Assembly (NCBI GenBank): GCA_963745835.1
Contig: CAVUZH010000003.1
Coordinates: 1,024,001-1,088,000 of the forward strand
DNA length: 64,000 nucleotides
Origin: an uncultured delta proteobacterium
GTDB taxonomy: Bacteria > Desulfobacterota > Binatia > UBA9968
Reading direction: 5' to 3'
The notes beneath the pieces were generated by a model that saw only the letters and a list, made by a program, of their open reading frames with translations, was not told the DNA's origin and did not search any database. Numbering within the stretch: the stretch's first letter is position 1; each line of letters begins with the position of its first letter. The translations under genes were made by a program, and so were the position numbers. This document shows positions 38,343-47,781 of the stretch, in pieces.

Positions 38343-39359
38343 GAGAGTGCCGTAATTGCATGGCGTATGCCGATCCAATGCGCTCAGTTAATACGGAACC
38401 TCTCCATTTTTCTTACGGGATCACGGCAAGCATACCCGATAGGCGTATTTGTTGTGATTGAGCAGACAAAAATTGCCGCCGGGTCGATTTGCTGATCCCG
38501 CACCTAACGACGCCTCTCGAGCGATTCGCGCAAGCTGCTCACAGAAGGACTTTGACAAATCGGAACTGTTGGTCGAACAATGCGATCTCAGAGTTTGTAA
38601 GTCCAAGAATAAAGTTTTTTTAGCCACGGCCATCGCATAGCCAGGAAAACCGTCACGAGTGATAGAAATCGAAAGTGGAGCGTCCTAGTATTTCTCTGAT
38701 TATCTCAATGCTTGGATTACCTCGACACAAGCTCGTAAGGACAGCATAACTCCATCAACGTGGGTCACTAGAGCACAGGGCATGCCCCACCGCTAATTGT
38801 TATGACCTGGTTAGAAATACCTGCTCATCGAATGCTTGAGATTGAGAAAGTAACTATCTACGAGCTCGATATGCAGGAGAAGCTGGAACAACACTGTACC
38901 GGCAGCAGCAACCTATCTATTCCCGTAAGAGAGCTGGCAGGAGATTCACGTTCGCTCGATTCGGTAACTTCTAGCCCAGTGTCGGACTAATAGTGCTTAT
39001 CTATAGGAGATTTGAATGATCAGCGTACTGGGCATGAACACCTTCGGGAACGTGATCTTCCATTCCTTTGTTCAGCATAATCCCGTCGCAGGAAGCTGTG
39101 GGAACATTTGTCGCCCGCGAGCCTCAGATTTTGAATTCTTTAGGCCTCTGTCGGCATCCACATGACAGCGAGTTGGTAAGCTAAAATAACACAAGCCTAA
39201 ATACGCCAAGAGATTTGCTGATTAGCCTCGTAACTGCTAAGTAAAAACAATAGGTAATAAAATAGATAGATGGTGGGATTCTTAATCCTCGAACGGCAAG
39301 TTTTAATCTTGCCGGGAGTCTTGCTGTGAAATTCGAAATGGTTAACGGGAGAATCGCTA

Positions 39360-40127
39360 ATGAAAGTTTCTAGCGCAGAGTTTGTTAAAGAGATTCAGCA
39401 GATGGTGCGTAAAAAACATTCAAAGGATCACCCCATTATCCGCATGATCGAGGAAGGAAAATTAGATCACGAGCAGCTTAAAGGATTTGTTGGTCAGTTC
39501 TATCTGTTTTTTCCAAAACCTTTTCCTAAGCCTATAGCCGCCATGCTCAGCCGCTGTCCAGACGACCCGGAACTCGAAAAGATGTGGATCGAAAACGTTG
39601 TCGAAGAAGGAACGGGGGAGATCACCGGCACGGACAGTCACAAGGGACTCTTCATTCAATTTGCTCAATCGTGCGGCTTTACCAAAGAAGAGTTAGACAA
39701 GGTAGAGCCGCTTCCGGAAAGCCAAGCCTTCCTTGATTGGCGCGAGCTTTTAATGTACCAGCGCAGCTGGCTGGAGTTGTATGCGTGCCAGGGTTTTTGC
39801 CTCGAAGGTACGGCAAACGAACGCATGACAAAGATTGTCAATGGACTTACAAAGCATTATGGATTCACGCGGGATTCTGAAACTATTCGGTACTGGACCC
39901 TCCATATGGGTGTTGATGAAGAACATATGAAAGTCGGGCCGTTGGCTGTGGAGAGGTATGCGATTACTGAACCTCAGCAGGCCCAGGTGCGGAGCTCAGT
40001 GCAAAAGACTCTGGATCAGTTCTGGCTTGCTTTTGATGGAATCAAACGCGCGTTCGTCGATAAAGATGACATTTACGCCAAGTGGAGAAATTCAGACAGC
40101 AATCAACATCAAAATAGAAGGGGATGA
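39360..40127 (+). CDS. Heme-oxygenase-like diiron protein (CADD/PqqC/TenA superfamily)
   Basis: ENVVEE...DSH, LEG and YWTLHMGVDEEH give the E/H/E/H/D/H metal ligand set typical of CADD-type enzymes. Confidence 0.82.
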   Translation: MKVSSAEFVKEIQQMVRKKHSKDHPIIRMIEEGKLDHEQLKGFVGQFYLFFPKPFPKPIAAMLSRCPDDPELEKMWIENVVEEGTGEITGTDSHKGLFIQFAQSCGFTKEELDKVEPLPESQAFLDWRELLMYQRSWLELYACQGFCLEGTANERMTKIVNGLTKHYGFTRDSETIRYWTLHMGVDEEHMKVGPLAVERYAITEPQQAQVRSSVQKTLDQFWLAFDGIKRAFVDKDDIYAKWRNSDSNQHQNRRG

Positions 40128-40130
40128 TTC

Positions 40131-40784
40131 ATGGAGATGGTTGATCTTTCGCGAATTATTTACGACGGTATGCCCAAAATCCCGGCTCTGCCGGATGTTC
40201 ATGTGCAGAAGTTTTTTAGTCTCGAAAAGGGCCATCCTTTGAATGTGACGGAGCTGTCGTTGCCATGTCATGCCGGCACTCACGTTGACGCGCCAATTCA
40301 TATAGTGCCAAACGGCAAGTCAATAGAAGAACTTCCGCTGGATTCTTTTGTCGGCAACGGAACGATCATCGCTGTACGAAAGAACGGCGGAGAAGAAGTA
40401 ACCGCAAAGGATCTCCAAGCGTCAGGTGTTGAGGTGAAGCAGGACGATATCGTGATGCTCTATACCGGGTGGGACGAGAAGTTCGATAGTCCTGATTATA
40501 ATCTTCATCCTTATCTCTCGGTAGATGCCGCCAACTGGATGGTTGAGAAGAAGATAAAGATGTTTGGGATCGACTGCATCACCGTTGACCTGCCGACACC
40601 GCTTAGACCCAAAGGATTTGATTTCCCCGTGCACAAAGCTCTTCTGAGTAACAACATCTTAATCGCCGAGAATGTGACAAATCTTGGACCTATCGTTGGC
40701 AAGAGGTGCCGAATCCTGGCCTTTCCTCTTCGGATCAGAGGCAGCGATGCGGGACATGCTCGAATCGTCGCCGAATTAAGTTAG
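40131..40784 (+). CDS. Cyclase family metal-dependent hydrolase (kynurenine formamidase-like)
   Basis: DLS, HAGTHVDAPIH, LYTGW, GID, VHKALL, ENV motifs. Confidence 0.92.
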   Translation: MEMVDLSRIIYDGMPKIPALPDVHVQKFFSLEKGHPLNVTELSLPCHAGTHVDAPIHIVPNGKSIEELPLDSFVGNGTIIAVRKNGGEEVTAKDLQASGVEVKQDDIVMLYTGWDEKFDSPDYNLHPYLSVDAANWMVEKKIKMFGIDCITVDLPTPLRPKGFDFPVHKALLSNNILIAENVTNLGPIVGKRCRILAFPLRIRGSDAGHARIVAELS

Positions 40785-40800
40785 CGATAAGTAAAACCAT

Positions 40801-41769
40801 ATGGCTTCACCGCAAATTATCAAAGGGATTATCGGCGCTTGTCTGACGCCGTTCGACGATAACGATCATATAGATTATGCGGCGTTAGAGAAGGAAATGG
40901 ATTTTCTTCTTGGCGATTGTGACGCCGTAACAATTGCCGCTGTGGAAGCCGCCGAGTACACCATGCTCAGCCGCGAAGAGCGAAAAGAGCTTCTAAAAGT
41001 CGGCACGCAGATGGTCAACAAGCGCGTGCCGGTAATCATTGGCTGTTCCAGTCCGTCACCTCGGGAAGTAATCGACCTGGCCGAGTATGCAGCCACGATT
41101 GGCGGCGATTTTGTTCAAGTGCTGATGCCGCTCCGCCCGTGGGGAGGTCAACCGACCATAGCGGAGTTGATGGAATTTTATACACAAGTCGCATCGACAA
41201 GTCCCTTGCCGGTGGTTTGTTATCATAATCCTGGACCGGGCGCCGATCCGCCACAGGATGCGTTCGTCAAGATCAGCGAAATTGACAACATCCGATATTT
41301 CAAGGAAAGCTCGAGAGATATCACGAAGATCTCCAGATTGATTGAACAGATCGAACTTGCTGGTCGGGGTCATTACTTCACCACCATGCAGCCACTGCTA
41401 GTCACTTTGATGCTCGGCGGCTCCGGCGCCACTATGCCTCCACCTGGAACCCGCATCGGGGCGCAAATTGTGAAAGCGTTTCGAGCAAACGATCTTGAAA
41501 GCGCTCGGTTTTGGGCGCGCTGCTACGCATTATTTCCCGGAAAATGGGCCGCTTACGGTTTGCCGCCGGTGATGAAATCTGCCATGAAACACTTCGGCGT
41601 GGATATCGGCAATCCTTCACGGCCCTATGCTCCGGTGAGCCCCCGCGATCATGCCCAAATCGGCCAGTTTCTCCGCCAGGTTGGGTTAATTGGTGAAGCC
41701 CCACCGAATCCGAAAGCTTTGATAGACGCCGCTAATTTCCTTGCTCAGGAAGATACCTTTCTCCGTTAG
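40801..41769 (+). CDS. DapA/NAL-family class I aldolase (divergent)
   Basis: LTPFD, RVPVIIG, YHNP, FKESS (Schiff-base Lys); GxxGE replaced by AVEAAE. Confidence 0.85.
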   Translation: MASPQIIKGIIGACLTPFDDNDHIDYAALEKEMDFLLGDCDAVTIAAVEAAEYTMLSREERKELLKVGTQMVNKRVPVIIGCSSPSPREVIDLAEYAATIGGDFVQVLMPLRPWGGQPTIAELMEFYTQVASTSPLPVVCYHNPGPGADPPQDAFVKISEIDNIRYFKESSRDITKISRLIEQIELAGRGHYFTTMQPLLVTLMLGGSGATMPPPGTRIGAQIVKAFRANDLESARFWARCYALFPGKWAAYGLPPVMKSAMKHFGVDIGNPSRPYAPVSPRDHAQIGQFLRQVGLIGEAPPNPKALIDAANFLAQEDTFLR

Positions 41770-41837
41770 CTTGACGATGGATACTCGCTAGGAGCAATCG
41801 TCTCGCAAATATCCGCGCATAATTTTGTTGGAGTTGT

Positions 41838-42041
41838 ATGGAATGGATTAAAGATCTTTCCGATAAACTGGTTATTTGGTTTCTCCGCAAAACTTCCTCG
41901 TTCGGTAAAGAGCTTACCGGCGCAGGTCGAGCAGAGCAGCTCCTGTGGCGAGAGCAGCGCTTGCGGAATCTAAAAGGTCTCGCAATGCGCTACCAGCAAC
42001 GCCACGGTGAAAAAAAACTTCGGAATAGGTTTCCAGTCTAA
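41838..42041 (+). CDS. Small basic hypothetical protein
   Basis: GGAG RBS; its stop overlaps the next start (TAATG). Confidence 0.5.
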   Translation: MEWIKDLSDKLVIWFLRKTSSFGKELTGAGRAEQLLWREQRLRNLKGLAMRYQQRHGEKKLRNRFPV

Positions 42042-43198
42042 TGCGTCGATTCAATGGGCGAAAACAAATTGTGATATTGGGCGGCGGGTGTGGCGGTGTG
42101 GTTGCCGCGACTCAGCTCGGCAGGAAATTAGGCGCCGACCATGATATTATTCTCATTGACCGCCGCGCTGATCACGTCTTTATGCCCGCATTTCTGTTCC
42201 TGATGACCGGCGACCGACAGCCGCAAGAGATTTGTCGTAGCCTCAGTGCGCTGAAGAAGCGCAACGTTAAAGTGATTCAATCCGAAATTCTCGACATCGA
42301 TCCTGTAGCTCAAAAGGTCAACCTTCCCAAAGAAAAGATCAATTACGACTATTTGATTGTTTCCTTAGGGTTGCAGACAAGACCGGACTTGGTGAGCGGC
42401 TTTAGTGAAGCCTCGCTCCATCCTTGGGAAATGGAATCGGCTCTCAGGCTTCGGCATGCGCTGTCTGAGTTTCGCGGTGGAAGGGTCGTCGTCGGTGTGC
42501 CTTTGGGGCCATACCGCTGCCCGCCAGCGCCGTACGAGGCGCAGTGGATGTTGGACGGCTATTTTAGCCAGCGCGGTATTCGCGATCGTGTACAGATAGA
42601 TTATTTTACCCGGGACCCTGAGCCGGCCGGCGAAGCCCACGATCCGGTAGTTTGGATGGATGCCGAAAGTAGAAGGCGCAAAATTGATATCCACTACGAC
42701 TTTGTCGTGCGCTCCATTGATCCGGTGAAGAGACAAATTAATGGACTCTATAACTATAATCTTCCCTACGATCTTTTGGTGATGGTTCCGCCGCACCGTC
42801 CCGCGCAAGTTCTCCTCGACTGTGGATTGGCAGAAGCCGAAACTGGTATACGAGTAGACTACGAGACGCTGCAAACGAAATGGGAAAACGTCTTTGCGAT
42901 CGGCGATTGCGCCGATATGCCGGCTTCGAAAGCGGGAGGTGTTGCCCACCAAGAAGCTGACGTGTTGGCGCACAATTTAGCTGTAGAAATCACGGGAAAG
43001 GGAAGACCGGTAGATCTCTGGCTGCATACAATATGACTGCTTGCCTTCGGCGCTGGACGCGCCGCTGCTAATAGAACAACTTACCCCACTGGATGGCCGC
43101 CTTACGGGGTCACCTATCCCCGAACATGGGGACCCAATCGACTGATTTATTGGGCTAAAATTGGCTTTGAAAAATGGTGGTTGTGGCGATACTTCTAA
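42041..43198 (+). CDS. Sulfide:quinone oxidoreductase/FCSD-family flavoprotein, predicted selenoprotein (UGA at 43034-43036)
   Basis: GGGCGG, YRCPPAPYE, VPPH, AIGD, KAG motifs. The frame continues past TGA as U-LLAFGAG...WAKIGFEKWWLWRYF-TAA, the typical SQR C-terminus. Confidence 0.85.
43048..43064 (+). promoter_or_regulatory. Putative bacterial SECIS element
   Basis: CGGCGC-TGGAC-GCGCCG: perfect 6-bp stem with a G-containing loop, separated from the UGA by 11 nt. Confidence 0.75.
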
Positions 43199-43352
43199 GT
43201 CTAGAGTTTATTTCAGAATCAGCCCATTATCCAGCGGAGCAAATCAATCGACGGCGTCTTAGACGCGCTCATCAACGTTCCTTGTGGCACAACTAGAGGC
43301 AATCTATAGTGATTGCCAGGAGTATTAATAGCCGCCGGAGTAGAGCAGCCAG

Positions 43353-43360
43353 GGGCAGGG
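43353..43360 (+). promoter_or_regulatory. KOPS-like octamer (FtsK orienting)
   Basis: GGGCAGGG matches GGGNAGGG and points toward the dif site 37 bp downstream. Confidence 0.45.
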
Positions 43361-43397
43361 GGCCCCCCAACAAATCAAAAATTGAGCTATACGCAAA

Positions 43398-43425
43398 AGT
43401 TTACATAATATATCTTATCAGACGT
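43398..43425 (-). other. Chromosome dimer resolution site dif (XerC/XerD)
   Basis: Minus strand reads ACGTCTGATAA-GATATA-TTATGTAAACT: 11-6-11 layout with a canonical XerD arm; intergenic; gene orientation flips here. Confidence 0.85.
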
Positions 43426-43724
43426 TATGTACGAAGCGCGTCTATCGCATAGCACACTGAAACGGTTCACCTCGGGTGATCCGCTTTAAGACCGGTGAAC
43501 CACGCCATCCTGAAAAATAGGCACTTAGCACCACGCCGGTCCTTCCTCATCATTCCGGTAAAAAACTGCGGATCGCGATCACTCACGATTCTACTAACAT
43601 CGTAGCGATTCGAGTGTTGTGAGATTTGTCTGCGAGACAAAACGCGCGATAGTGAGCGGATCTGAATTGGTAAATTCGCACGGGGCTTATGGTGAATTGC
43701 TTTTACGGCGGCTGAGTCCGTCAA

Positions 43725-44420
43725 CTATTTAACGGCTGGGTCCGGCTGAGTCTTGGCTTGCATTTCAGCAACTTGCAGCATGAGACGTGCGGCAATTGGT
43801 GAGTTAGGGTTTTCTTTGATGTACTGCTGATATGCAACAATGGCAGATTTGTTGTCACCGACAACCGTATAACACCGTGCCTTTCCAAGCACGGCGGATT
43901 CTTTCAGAGCTCCGGTAATCCGTTCAGCTTCGGTATAGTGCTGAATTGCGCCGGCGCATTGGTTTTTCAGTTCTTGTATGTGTCCAAGGGTCATCAAACC
44001 TATCTGTCGATAAACGGAGTTCTGATCGGTGGAAGCGATGAAACGCTGGGCCGCGGCGGCCGCTTTGTCCAGATCGTTTGTAGCTAGATGACTGTTGGCC
44101 TCGTAGAGATGCGCCAGAGCGGCATAATGAGACCAACGATACTCTTCGACTTTTTCAAATTCCAGAATGGCTTCGTTGTGTTTATTGGCGCGAAAAAACG
44201 TGATCGCCCTATCGAAATGCTGGGCTGCTTCCTGGTTTTGGCGGCTCTTATAAACCTGCCAAAGCGAAATCCCGATGATCACTGCCATGATCAAAGCACC
44301 AGCTATAATAAAAAGCCGACGTTTTTGTTGAACGAAACTCAAGGCCCGCTGGGTGAACAGCACGAAGTTGTCGGGTTGCCGGAGTTCCTTACGTGAAAAG
44401 TGCTTAGCGCTGGTCGCCAT
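43725..44420 (-). CDS. TPR-containing single-TM protein (YfgM-like)
   Basis: RKELRQPD-F N-terminus, TM helix, TPR-like helices. Confidence 0.75.
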   Translation of the reverse strand: MATSAKHFSRKELRQPDNFVLFTQRALSFVQQKRRLFIIAGALIMAVIIGISLWQVYKSRQNQEAAQHFDRAITFFRANKHNEAILEFEKVEEYRWSHYAALAHLYEANSHLATNDLDKAAAAAQRFIASTDQNSVYRQIGLMTLGHIQELKNQCAGAIQHYTEAERITGALKESAVLGKARCYTVVGDNKSAIVAYQQYIKENPNSPIAARLMLQVAEMQAKTQPDPAVK

Positions 44421-44477
44421 AGCTTCTGATCTGCGTCGAAGGGAAAAGATTGACTGTCACAGGCAGGTTAAGAGCTT

Positions 44478-45005
44478 CTACATCTTGTATTTGAAATCAT
44501 CGGGCGTCATCTTCTCTAAGATCTCTGCCCACTTTTCTTGGGAGACGTTTGAGACGTTTTCGACCGGAGGTTCCTTCCCTTCTTCGTTCTGTTGAAGAAT
44601 GCTGGAGGCTTCGAGAACTGCCTTGGCGACGAAAATCGGGCTTTTGGTGCGCAGAGCTAACGCGATCGCATCGCTGGGACGGGAGTCGATAACCACCTGA
44701 CGGCCTGAAATGTTTAAATACACCAACGCAAAGTAGGTATTTTCCTTAAGATCAGTGATTTCGATAGAGTCAACCGCGCAACCGACTTCGCCGAGAATAT
44801 TTTTGATCAGGTCATGAGTCATTGGCCGGGCCATCTTGATTCCTTCGATTTCCGTCGCCATGGCTGTGGCCTCCAGTAAACCGATCCAGATGGGCAGATT
44901 CAGTTTGTTATCGGTGTCTTTTAAAATGACAATGGGAGTTTTGGTCACTGGGTCGAGTGTTAGCCCACCCACGGACATCTGTATTGCGTCATCCCGTTTT
45001 GTCAT
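44478..45005 (-). CDS. Bifunctional nuclease family (DUF151)
   Basis: LPIWIG..EA, RPMTHDL, DSRPSDAIALALR motifs. Confidence 0.93.
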   Translation of the reverse strand: MTKRDDAIQMSVGGLTLDPVTKTPIVILKDTDNKLNLPIWIGLLEATAMATEIEGIKMARPMTHDLIKNILGEVGCAVDSIEITDLKENTYFALVYLNISGRQVVIDSRPSDAIALALRTKSPIFVAKAVLEASSILQQNEEGKEPPVENVSNVSQEKWAEILEKMTPDDFKYKM

Positions 45006-46363
45006 ACCATTTCCCCCTGCGCTTGGATTTCTGAAGCTGCTTCTTCAATGGTGAGTTCTCCGATCAACGAGTTAACAGTTGCAGCGATGATCCGTGCGTT
45101 TACCATCTCGCCGATCAGATTCCCACGCCCTACAATGTTAACGATTCGATTGCTTCGCGTGCGTCCCATTACTTGCGCTCTATTGCGCGAATGGCCGTCA
45201 ATCAATACTTCTTCGATCCGTCCGATTTTTTGCTTGTTTTTTCTTAAAGAAATTTCCTGCTGAACATTCTGCACTTGCTTCAGCCGCTCTTTCTTCTTTT
45301 CTTCTAGGACGTCGTCGTTGTAAAGCTTTGCCGATACAGTCTGGATGCGCGGCGAGTACATGAACGAGTAAATCTCATCATACTCCACTTGACTCAGCAA
45401 TTCTAGGGTTCTTTCAAAATCGTCATCGGTTTCGCCCGGAAATCCGACAATGATGTCCGTGCTCAAGGCCACTTCAGGGGAACGTTGTCGCAAGCGATCA
45501 ATACGACCGAGATACTCACTGCGCGTATAACCGCGACGCATTCTCACGAGCACGCTATCGGAACCGGATTGAACAGGCAAATGAAGATGTTCGCAAACTT
45601 TACCCAGAGTAGCGTAGGCCTCGATCAGGTCCTCCGACAAATCTTGCGGGTGAGAAGTTGTAAATCGAATCCGTGAAAGTCCTTCAACTGCATCAACGCG
45701 CTGAAGAAGTTCCGCAAAGTGGATTTCCCCGGCAGATGTCTTACCATAAGAGTTCACGTTCTGACCAAGCAGCATCACTTCTTTGACGCCCTGAGTAGTC
45801 AGTGATTTAATTTCGGCGATAATTTTTTCGCTCGGCCGGCTCACTTCGCGACCACGAACGTGCGGAACGATGCAGAAGCTGCATACTTTATTGCAACCCT
45901 GCATGATGGTAACGAACGCTTTTGCGCCATGTACGTGAGTCCTGCCGTCGGGATCTTCCATGTAGGAAGGATCCCGGTAAAAAGCGATTTCGACTGGACG
46001 GGCGTGAGCCGACTCTACTTGTTCGATCATCTCGGGTAGCTTGTGGATATTGTGGGTGCCGAAAACGAGATCTAAATGAGCAATGCGCTTGAGAAGCCGG
46101 TCTCCTTCTTGTTGAGCAACGCAACCGCCGACTCCTATAATGAGATCTGATTTCTGCTGTTTGATTTCACGCCAGCTCCCGAGGGCGCTGTAAACCTTTT
46201 GCTCCGCCTTATCGCGCACGCTGCAGGTATTTAATAGAAGCAAATCCGCATTTGCGGGTTCGTCGGTCAGCATGTAATTTGCCCGGCCCATGACCTGCGC
46301 GATCCGTTCTGAATCATATTGATTCATCTGGCAACCGTAGGTCTGGATATACATTTTCTTCAT
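45002..46363 (-). CDS. miaB: tRNA-2-methylthio-N6-dimethylallyladenosine synthase
   Basis: TYGCQMN, NTCSVR, GCVAQ, CNKVCSFC, FTTSHP, TRAM domain. Confidence 0.97.
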   Translation of the reverse strand: MKKMYIQTYGCQMNQYDSERIAQVMGRANYMLTDEPANADLLLLNTCSVRDKAEQKVYSALGSWREIKQQKSDLIIGVGGCVAQQEGDRLLKRIAHLDLVFGTHNIHKLPEMIEQVESAHARPVEIAFYRDPSYMEDPDGRTHVHGAKAFVTIMQGCNKVCSFCIVPHVRGREVSRPSEKIIAEIKSLTTQGVKEVMLLGQNVNSYGKTSAGEIHFAELLQRVDAVEGLSRIRFTTSHPQDLSEDLIEAYATLGKVCEHLHLPVQSGSDSVLVRMRRGYTRSEYLGRIDRLRQRSPEVALSTDIIVGFPGETDDDFERTLELLSQVEYDEIYSFMYSPRIQTVSAKLYNDDVLEEKKKERLKQVQNVQQEISLRKNKQKIGRIEEVLIDGHSRNRAQVMGRTRSNRIVNIVGRGNLIGEMVNARIIAATVNSLIGELTIEEAASEIQAQGEMV

Positions 46364-47781
46364 GGCGCGATGGCTTCAATGAGGTTGTAAAGTTGGCCGA
46401 TGTTACGGCACTCCTCCGCAACCTTACAGTAGGGAGCGTAACGTGACATTTCACTGTCGCCCACTCCCCAGGTCATCCTACTTTCAGGATTGAGCCAAAT
46501 CAGTTGCTTGGCCTTCTGCTGGATTTCTCGTAACACCCATTCGGCCGGACGATTATAATTGTTACGGCCATCGCCGATGATCAAAACCGTGGTCTTATTG
46601 GTGACGGCCGAAAAATATTCATTGTAGAACAGCTCAAAGGCGCGGCCGAAGTTGGAGTGCGAGTAAACATCGATGACATTTCCCGTGAGAGCCATTTCGA
46701 TGGCCTTGTGAATATCGTATTCTTCAAAGAGCTGAGTCACCTCTCCGATATCGCTGACGAATACAAAGCTTCGCACCTTTGAATAGAGATCCTGAATAGA
46801 ATAAACAAATTGCAGCATAAAGCGTGACGCGTTCAAGACAGAATCGGAAATGTCGCACAAGACCACGACCTGAGGCTTGGTTTTCGTTCGGCGGTCCAAT
46901 TGGATATGAAAAGGCACTCCACCAAATTGAAGATTTTTGCGCAGCGTTTCGTTTAAGTCGAATCGCCCGCGAGCAGCATTCTTACGCCGGACAGAGAGCC
47001 TATTCTTAAATCGCTGAGCCAGTCGTGTAACCGCCTCGTTCATCCGTTGAATGTCGTCTTCGCTATAGAAGCTGAAGCTCTTCTCCGCCAGTGACACCAA
47101 TCGATTTCGATCCGAACCGTCCATTCCGCGCTTTCGCTGTTCCTGCTGGATGATCTCGCGGAGCATCCCGTATAAGTCCTTGAGGCGCTGGTCAAGATAG
47201 CGACTAACCAATTCCGAGCTGTCGCCGCTTTGCGTCAGCATCTGTAAATGACTCTTAAGCCGTTCGATTTCATCCTGAAGCCTGTCGAGCTCAAGGTTGG
47301 ATGCGATCTTAGTAAACGGTGTGAAGCGAAAACTCTGATTGAACCCTCGTTCCGCTTCGGCGACAACTGCGTGCCGCAACAAGCGCTCCAGCTCTCCCTT
47401 GTTGCCGCTAAGCAGAGCTCGGGTTAGATCGGACAGCTCCCCTTCCATTTGCTTGAGGAACCTATCGATGCGGTCGAGCAGCTCTTGAAACTCCTGGGGT
47501 GACAAACCGAGCTGCTCCATCAACTGTTGGTCCGCCTGATTAAGGGATCGGCCGATACCCAAAAAGAACAAATCGAATAGTTCATCAAACGGCCGCAAAT
47601 CAATCGCGCGTTTTACCAGCGTGGTTCGGAGGGCGGCGCGAAACTGTGACAAATCTTCAATGCCCAGCAAATCGATGGCGCGAAATGCGTCGATATTCTC
47701 CGACAATGACACGCGCACGCCATTGCGCCTGAGGACGTTCGCAAATTCGATGATCTGGTCCTGCATTGAGTAACCTAGCAT
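46360..47781 (-). CDS. VWA-domain CoxE-like protein
   Basis: LCDISDS MIDAS motif, IGDGRNN, WLNPE..W..GDS. Confidence 0.88.
   Translation of the reverse strand: MLGYSMQDQIIEFANVLRRNGVRVSLSENIDAFRAIDLLGIEDLSQFRAALRTTLVKRAIDLRPFDELFDLFFLGIGRSLNQADQQLMEQLGLSPQEFQELLDRIDRFLKQMEGELSDLTRALLSGNKGELERLLRHAVVAEAERGFNQSFRFTPFTKIASNLELDRLQDEIERLKSHLQMLTQSGDSSELVSRYLDQRLKDLYGMLREIIQQEQRKRGMDGSDRNRLVSLAEKSFSFYSEDDIQRMNEAVTRLAQRFKNRLSVRRKNAARGRFDLNETLRKNLQFGGVPFHIQLDRRTKTKPQVVVLCDISDSVLNASRFMLQFVYSIQDLYSKVRSFVFVSDIGEVTQLFEEYDIHKAIEMALTGNVIDVYSHSNFGRAFELFYNEYFSAVTNKTTVLIIGDGRNNYNRPAEWVLREIQQKAKQLIWLNPESRMTWGVGDSEMSRYAPYCKVAEECRNIGQLYNLIEAIAP

Noticed and set aside
38400-39290. Short ORFs between the paralog gene and the HDO operon
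   Set aside because: No recognisable motifs; this looks like degenerate intergenic DNA.
43332-43370. tRNA-Met-like fragment (GCCGGAGTAGAGCAGCCAGG) near dif as a tRNA or att site
   Set aside because: No anticodon or T arm follows, and it does not match the three tRNAs in the window.
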